From Thecamonas trahens ATCC 50062 (Eukaryota; Protista; Apusomonadida): DNA of 64,000 bases. A program made the position numbers and the translations under genes. The notes beneath the pieces were generated by a model. That model was not told the origin of the DNA and did no database searches. It worked only from the letters and a program-made list of their open reading frames with translations. Location: NCBI RefSeq assembly GCF_000142905.1, contig NW_013657669.1:434001-498000 (forward strand). The letters are read 5' to 3'. Below, one piece after another: positions 57,424 through 64,000 of the stretch (the stretch's first letter is position 1; each line of letters begins with the position of its first letter).

Positions 57424-57463
<40 letters not shown>

Positions 57464-57471
57464 TACCGTTG

Positions 57472-57505
<34 letters not shown>

Positions 57506-57632
57506 ACTCGGACTCGTCCCACCTCTTCCCGCCCGACTCGGCCGAGACCGCATGCATGGCACCGTCGTCGCCAGGGGCTACCCCTGCAGGCTCGCTAGCC
57601 ACGCGACCTTCTTTGGAGGAGCAGCAACCCAT
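55927..57632 (-). CDS. N-acylated tandem class III nucleotide cyclase; frameshift at 56252-56255
   Basis: MGCCSSK start, Asp-rich repeat; domain 1 ..IKAEAG..DIYGDAVNVASKLAEE; domain 2 FVSDMSGFT..QTQGDDF..GIG..DAVG. One extra T joins ORF 55927-56217. Confidence 0.82.
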
Positions 57633-57924
57633 GGGTGGGTGGGGGTGGATGTGAGAGTGAGGTGCAGTGGGAGGTGGCCGAGGTGGCCGAGGTGGCCGGT
57701 TGGTGAGCGTAGTCGCAACGGACACTCGAGGTGGCAGACGGTCGGGGCAGGTGGTGGGGGAGACGGCGCGGCGGTTCAGCCGCTTTACGGTACGGAATAC
57801 GGAATGGACATCTTTGTCCATCGCGCAAGCCGCGGCGCTCCGCGACGCTCCGCAGTCGTCGCAAAGTCCGTGGATTGTTGTAAAAGAGTAGTACAATGTG
57901 TTGATGGCTGCTGTGGCCACTGGT

Positions 57925-58300
57925 GGGCTGCAACAGAAAACAGTCGGCGATGCAGAGATGGACGCCGCACGCGGCGCAAAAGGTCCGCCGTCGCGATCGC
58001 TTACCATGAAGCTTCCGGAAGGCGAGGCAATCACATCGCAGAGCGGCTTGCTGGGGAGTGTGGCGATGATGACGAGCAGCCGCTGCAGAGGTGCGCTTCC
58101 GCTTGCGCGGCGGCGCGGAGCTGGAGGCGTCGGCGCTGGCGGCGAGCGCGTCGATGATAGCCACACGAGTCAAGGCGGGGCGTGGGCTCGTGTCGGCGTA
58201 GAGCGCGTACGCGTTGATGAGCGCGGCGTCCAAAATCCAGTACAGGATGGCGTGCCACCACTTGCGCAGCCACGCCGACCGGCAAGCTCGTCCGTCGCAA
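57925..58300 (-). mobile_element. piggyBac transposase 3' relic
   Basis: RKWWHAILYWILDAALINAYALY (end of the piggyBac DDD domain), NLS-like RKRKR, Cys-rich RCDC..R..TFCAACGVHLCIADCF. No catalytic core or TIRs seen. Confidence 0.75.
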
Positions 58301-58571
58301 GAAGATCCACAACTGATGCTCTCCTTGTCCAACTCTGTCATGCTCTCCTTCCCGGTCGTCGGGGTCGTCAAAAACAAGCTCCACACCGTCCGCGCCCTCC
58401 TCCCGGATCGGCGCCGTACGGCACCTCGCGCGCCTCGCCCATGCTCCCAGGTCGGGCATCCTTCAGGCGGACGCCTGCGTGTCGGCCGCCATGATCGAGT
58501 TGTTCAATTTGAGACGTGCGACAACGCGTCCGAACGACCGTACCGCTAACGGCTAGTGAGTGTTTGGGCGG

Positions 58572-61023
58572 CTACGACGACGACTCGCGCCAAATGTCGG
58601 CTTGAGCGCCGGACCACTTGCGCTCGACGTCGTCAAAGGCGGTAGCGACTTCGCCGCCCCAGATCTCGTGCATGTCGTGGAAGTAGTACATCTCCTGGGC
58701 GAGCGAGTAGCGGGCGAACTCGACGGCGACGCCAAGGTCGATGACGGCCATCGAGTCGTTGGTGATGGCGCTGCGGAGCTTTTGCGGGCCAGTCTTGCCG
58801 CGGGCCTCCATGGAGGCGAGCTTGGCCTTGTTGGTCTCGAGGCGAGCGTTGACGTTGGCTTTGTCCTTCATCGGGGCGCGCGCAGCCTCAAAGGCCTTGA
58901 GCAGGCCGATGCAAAGCTGGTAGTGCTTCCACACGGCGTCGAGGACGCGGGTAAGCTCGTCCTGGGCGTGGTCAGTGAGCGCGGTAGTGAGCTCGCCGAG
59001 CATGCCGGCGGTGGTGGAGAGCGACGAGTTGAAAGGGATCGAGTCAAAGTCGGTCCGCTGCGTTGCTCGCGACGAGAGCGCGCCGCCGAGGGCGGCAAAG
59101 CCGGCGGCCAGCCCGTTGCGGTGGTCGACAATGTCAGTGAGCGCGTTGAGCTGGGCCTCGACATTGGAGGCGAGGATGGCCACCTCGGACTCGGCAGCCG
59201 AGAGCGCCGTGTCCGCGTCGTCGGCCACAAACGACGAGCCGGTCTGCCGGCAGGGATGGAAGTCCTTCTCGGTGTCCATGACCTTGAACAGCTTGCGCTG
59301 CTTCTCAAACCGCTTGGTGTCGAGCTCGCAGAGGAAGAGCCGCATCAGCGGAGCACCCTCGCCCTGCTGGAAAATGGGCCGCCGGAGCACGAGCTCCATA
59401 AACACTTCCAGCCGCCGGCACCGCTCGGCCACAAACTCCTCCTCGAACTTGCCCATTGCCTTCTTCTTGGGCAGCATCGGCACAATCCGGTACGGGAAGA
59501 TGGTGAGCAGCTGCTCGTAGAACCAGAAAAGTCCGAGTACCGCCGCTCCACCGTGTGCGCCTTGGACTTGACCGTCAGCGAGTACACCGTGTGCTTCTTG
59601 AGCTTTCCAGCCTGCAGCTGCTGGACCTCGACCTTGACGTCGTCCGGCGCAAACACCGCCTTGTACGTCGACTCATCCGGCAGGTTGTGTCCGTACACTC
59701 GCGCCCTCGCACCCTCGCGCGACGCCGCCATCGCCGATGACGACGCCCCGCCGTCAAACTCGGGCGGTGGCACCTTCTCCGCGCCCACGCGGTCAAGCTC
59801 GTCCATATCCGGCTCGCGGCCCTGCTGCGAGAGCGAGCAGAGCTTGAGCGCGTTGACCACGGACCGCCGGTTGAGCCGAGAGCACCCGGCCTCGCGCCAG
59901 ACCTGCGCCAGCGTCCCGCGTGTGATCCCAGTCGATTTGAGCAGATCCGTGAAGAGGTCGGCATCAACCCGCCCGCGCGACGTCACCGACTCGAACAGGT
60001 CATCGTACTCGTCCTCGTAGTCGACCGAGAAAATAAGCTCCGTGCGCCGCGTTGCACGCTCGCGCGACCGCGAAATGACGTCATCAAGCCGAGTCCGGGA
60101 ATGAGACCGCGACCGCGACCGTGACCGCGATCGGGACCGCGACCGTGACCGCGACCGACCGCGATCCCGCCGCGCCGACCGCGACCGTGACCGCGACCGC
60201 GATCGTGACCGTGACCGTGACCGCGACCGCTCCTCGCCGTTGAGCCGTGGCAGCGGAATGTCGCCCGGGCGCGAGTGCTTGCGGAGCGTTGAGAGCGAGG
60301 CTGGCGGCGAGCGCTGCTCGAGTGCGATGAGCCGCAGGAGAGTGAAGAACCGCGAGCGGTCGTTGATGCCATCACCCTTGGTGTCTGACGCCGCCCACAG
60401 CTTCTTGAGTCGGGCCTTGGAGACGTTGGCGACGTCAAGAAAGTACTTGCCCAGCGCACGGTTCGAGACGGTCCCATCCGTGCCGGCCATGTCATCAAAC
60501 AGCGCCTGGTAGGCGGCCGAATGGCGACCGAGCTCGGGATCGGACTCCTCGTCAGAAAAGAAAGGATCGTCCGGGCCGTCGCCGCGGCGAGAGCGCTCTC
60601 TTGCGGCGCGGCCGTTTGCCTTTGCCACCAAGTTTGTGCGGTCGGCCGAGTCAAAGGCGGTGGCGCGAGGCCTTCCATCTCCCTCACCGACATGTCGTCG
60701 AGCCGATGGAGAGAGGCCTCATCGCCAGCTTGAGCGAGGGCAATGAGGCGAAGAGCGAGGACAAAGCGCCGAGCCGGAATCGACTCTGCTGCGGCAGCCT
60801 CCTTCCACAGCGCACGCATGTCACTCCGCGAGAGCGAAGAAACATCATCCAGCAACTTGCCGACCTCTGCCATGGCCGTAGCTGCCTTTTCCAGCTCTGC
60901 CACCGGCGCAGACGGCGAGAGCGACTTGCTCTCGCTCCCTCCCACAGACTCCAGTAGAGCCACATAGGCATGGTGATACTTGGACGACGGGTAGAACCGT
61001 CCTCCAGGTCCAGATGAGGCCAT
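58572..61023 (-). CDS. EH-like x3 + RS repeat + PX-BAR sorting nexin (SNX8/Mvp1-like); frameshifts at ~60634 and ~59528
   Basis: Three EH-like units (L..LW..A....F...LRLIAL.Q); PX KHTVY..VERRYSDF|FWFYEQLLTIFPYRIVPMLPKK..RRLEVF; helical BAR region follows. Confidence 0.82.
60105..60230. repeat. (GACCGY)n coding repeat giving an RS-dipeptide tract on the minus strand
   Basis: Translates as RSRSRSRS.. Confidence 0.9.
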
Positions 61024-61473
61024 TCTCCGTCAGTAGAGGTGAGTGAGTGAGTGAGTGTGGAGAGAGAGAGGAGGGGTGGTCAAGTCACGTGTGTAACCGG
61101 TGTGGTTGCGGTGCGTGTGTGCGGTGCGGTGGCTGCCGACGGCTCGCTTTCGCGTGACTGACCGACGACCGGCAACCGACGACCGGTAACTGACGACCGG
61201 CAGCCGACGACTGATGGTGGTCACTGGCTTGCTAGCAGCACACGATTCAGATTGGGCAACCGATAGCTGAATTTAACTTGCAATCGGCGACTGATGATGT
61301 TGAGTTGAGTGCGGTTGCTGGTGTGAGATTGGGGATGGATGGGCGTGTATCCTCCGGCCCGGCCCGTCATTGTATCGGCACGCTGTGCGCAATATGGCTG
61401 CACGCATGCTACTCGGCGGGTTGGGGGTACACCGTTGGATGAGGTAGCTACTTGCGGCAGCTGATCGCAGTTA

Positions 61474-62906
61474 CTACTTGCGGCGGAGGAAGGTGTAGGT
61501 GAGGAGGCCGAGCGCGCCGAGGACAGTGACGCCGCCGGCGACAAACCACATCTGATCGGCCCAGGGCGTGGGCGGACGCGGTGCAGAGGCCGATGCAGAC
61601 TGTTGGGTGACGCCGGGGAGGCACGGCGCGTCGAGGTCCGGAACCGGGATTGCGCCAGGATCGTCCTCGTCAAAGAGGACGAGGACCTCGGAGAACGAGG
61701 TGTCGTCGAACACGTTCTGGGCAAGGTTTGCCGGCGAGACGCCCGCGTTGTCGGCAAGGTCCTTTCGAGCGCCGGCGCGAAGGAGGAGAGCAGCGAGGAC
61801 CGGCGAGTCCATCTGCGCCGCGTACCAGAGCGCGGTCCGTCCGTGGATGTCGCTGGCGTTGACGTCGGCGCCGGCGCGGAGCAGCGATTCGACGATCCGC
61901 GGCGCGAGGCCTTGGGTGGCGAGAATGACTGCCGTAGCCCCAGACGCGTCGAGTGACGACGCCCGCGCCTCGAGCGAGTAGCCACAGTCGATGTAGGCCT
62001 GGACGCCGTCGATGTTGCCGGCCTGCACGTCGGCGATGAACGCGGCCTCGGACTGCTTCATGCGGTCGTCGTGCGGCGAGTCGCCAAACTTGGCCAGCTT
62101 CTCCTTGGCCTTTTGCAGCAGCCGCGCCACGTCCTTGGACGGCGATGCCGACCCTGTCGCACCGTGGAGAGCGATGGCCTGCTCAAAGGCGGTCACCGCC
62201 TCGGCGTACCGCTCCATCCGCAGCAGGGCCTGTCCAGCGCGCACATGCGGGCGGTACCACTCTGACCGCAGCTCGGCCGCGCGCTTGGCGTCATCCAGCG
62301 CATCCTCGAGATGGTTTGTCTTCAGATTGCACATCGATCGGTTCGAGTACAGCACCGCCGCTTCGTCATTGATCTGGATTGCTATCTCAGAAAGGCCACG
62401 GGTGAGTCTGCAAACCGTAAATCCTCCCAGAGGAGAGCAACGTATCGCCTCAAGCGCATCACTAGCTTCAGGCGAGGGCCGTGCATGTTGATAGGCGTGT
62501 GGTGAAGCGAGCTGATACCGGCTGCGTGACAACGCTTCAACTTGGGCTGAGCGAGTTGCGCCAGCGGGCGACCGATGGCCGGCGTGGGCAAGGGCTGGCG
62601 ATGGAGAGGAGGTTATGGATATGACGTACCTTCTGTGTACAGCTTCTTTGCTTCATAGTACTTGCCCTGCACATACAGCTCGCCAGCCTCGGTCTTGAGG
62701 CGGAGCGCGTCCCCGGTGAGGTCGGCGTCCAGCGGACGAGCCGTGGATGGGCTACGCGACGGCGACGGCATGTTGGTTAGTCGAGTGGTGGGCGCTGCGA
62801 TTGGTGCTGGCGGCTCAATTGCGGGGCCCTCGCGAGCATAGCGTCCATCGTCAAGCCTGGTGTGGGTAGCAGGCTGTGATGAACGATGTGGCTCAGATGG
62901 GGTCAT
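61474..62906 (-). CDS. TPR + ankyrin protein with C-terminal tail anchor; intron 62629-62382
   Basis: LKTEAGELYVQGKYYEAKKLYTE|AIQINDEAAVLYSNRSMC (Hop-type TPR), ankyrins GADVN..GRTALWYAA, terminal TM followed by RRK. Start uncertain. Confidence 0.85.
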
Positions 62907-63570
62907 GATCGGGTGGGAATCGGTGGGTAAGGCCGGCAAGGGAGCACCTGGTGGTCACGATCCGGCCGAGTGGAGGTGGCTGGCTGGTCTAGACAAGCGC
63001 GTGCCAACAGGGTCGACATGGCAGTCCATGCTGCGGATGGTGCTCGCTGGGACGCGCCCGTGCTGCTGATTTGCCACCTGCGCCGAGGGCGCGCTTAACA
63101 ATCTCGATCCGGCCGTCGGCGACGATGAGACCACCGCCATCGACGCTCTCCGCCCCGATGCATCCTTGTGGTCGTCTGGAGCCGCACGGTCCGAGTAGCT
63201 CGACATGAGCAACACGTCCATCCGCGAGCTCTCCGCCTCTATTCCAATGATGTCCTCGACAATGACCTCGTCCTGATGGCAGTCAACCCGAGCGTGTGGT
63301 GAGGTAGAGTACCAAGGATCTGAAAGTTTTTCATGGAGTGTCTTTCCCATGCCGGTCATCATTGCGGCATGGTCAACAAACGGCGGTTCACTGCGTGCGG
63401 GTGACTGGGTCGGAGAGACGGGGGGAGGGGGGGGCCGTGACCAGGACCACGAGCAGAACCAATCGGACGGGGGAAGGGCACCACCTTACTCTGGTCATCC
63501 CCCTCGCCCCCTCCACCCACATACACTACCAACCACTTTCCGCTCTGTGACAAGCGTACCATACCATACC

Positions 63571-63695
63571 ATGTCCCTCCCTGCACCGCAAGGAAGTATC
63601 TGTCTAGTGGCTGGCTCGGCCATTCCCGACTTGGCTCAGGCCATTTCTGACTACATCAATGTCCCGCTGCTCGATTGTGTGGTGGGGCGCTTCAA
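63571..63695 (+). CDS. PRPS: Ribose-phosphate pyrophosphokinase, exon 1 (gene continues past the window)
   Basis: ICLVAGSAIPDLAQAISDYINVPL..VVGRF followed by a GTACGT donor at 63696. Confidence 0.75.
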
Positions 63696-63780
63696 GTACG
63701 TGGAGTGGACGAGGAATGGCATGGGGAGAGGGAAGGGGGGGGGGGGGGGGGGGATAGTGTGGGTTGATGCTGATGAACCA

Positions 63781-64000
63781 CCGCACACGGGCTGCATACC
63801 TGCTGATCTGGACTACCGCACACGGGCTGCATACCTGCTGATCTGGACTACCGCACACGGGCTGCATACCTGCTGATCTGGACCACCGCACACGGGCTGC
63901 ATACCTGCTGATCTGGACTACCGCACACGGGCTGCATACCTGATGATCTGGACCACCGCACACGGGCTGCATACCTGCTGATCTGGACCACCGCACACGG
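63781..64000. repeat. 35-bp minisatellite (>6 copies), probably intronic
   Basis: ccgcacacgggctgcatacctg(c/a)tgatctggac(t/c)a starting at 63781, 63816, 63851, 63886, 63921, 63956, 63991. Confidence 0.97.

Noticed and set aside
63781-64000. CRISPR-like 35-bp repeats
   Set aside because: Units are contiguous with no unique spacers, there are no cas genes and the context is eukaryotic.

Overview
This window comes from a compact, GC-rich eukaryotic (protist) nuclear genome. It has short GT-AG introns (donors GTACG/GTATG), poly-C/poly-G tracts beside genes and two N gaps. The style resembles an apusomonad such as Thecamonas, but that is inference. About 30 protein genes are present. Housekeeping: ALG1, CHK1, PPT, CacyBP/SIP, mitochondrial uS9, PRPS 5' end, STIMATE/TMEM110, ZMIZ-like, SNX8-like, calmodulin-like. 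Many others are multidomain signalling proteins. Highlights: (1) a RasGEF fused to a membrane module with an S4-type voltage-sensor helix, resembling the channel part of ciliate/apicomplexan ion-channel adenylyl cyclases; (2) two head-to-head ABCG half-transporters with complementary degenerate ATPase motifs, the ABCG5/ABCG8 design; (3) a candidate ~250-nt structured non-coding RNA ending in a T run; (4) a lipid-anchored tandem cyclase with split, inverted catalytic halves; (5) new domain fusions (GHKL-RING, WW-C2-RING-RBR, EF-hand-pseudoGTPase with an unnamed duplicated domain); (6) an NTT/TLC nucleotide transporter and a piggyBac relic. About nine genes-breaking frameshifts all look like one missing base, mostly in homopolymers, and are probably assembly errors. 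All family calls come from motif recognition, not database searches.
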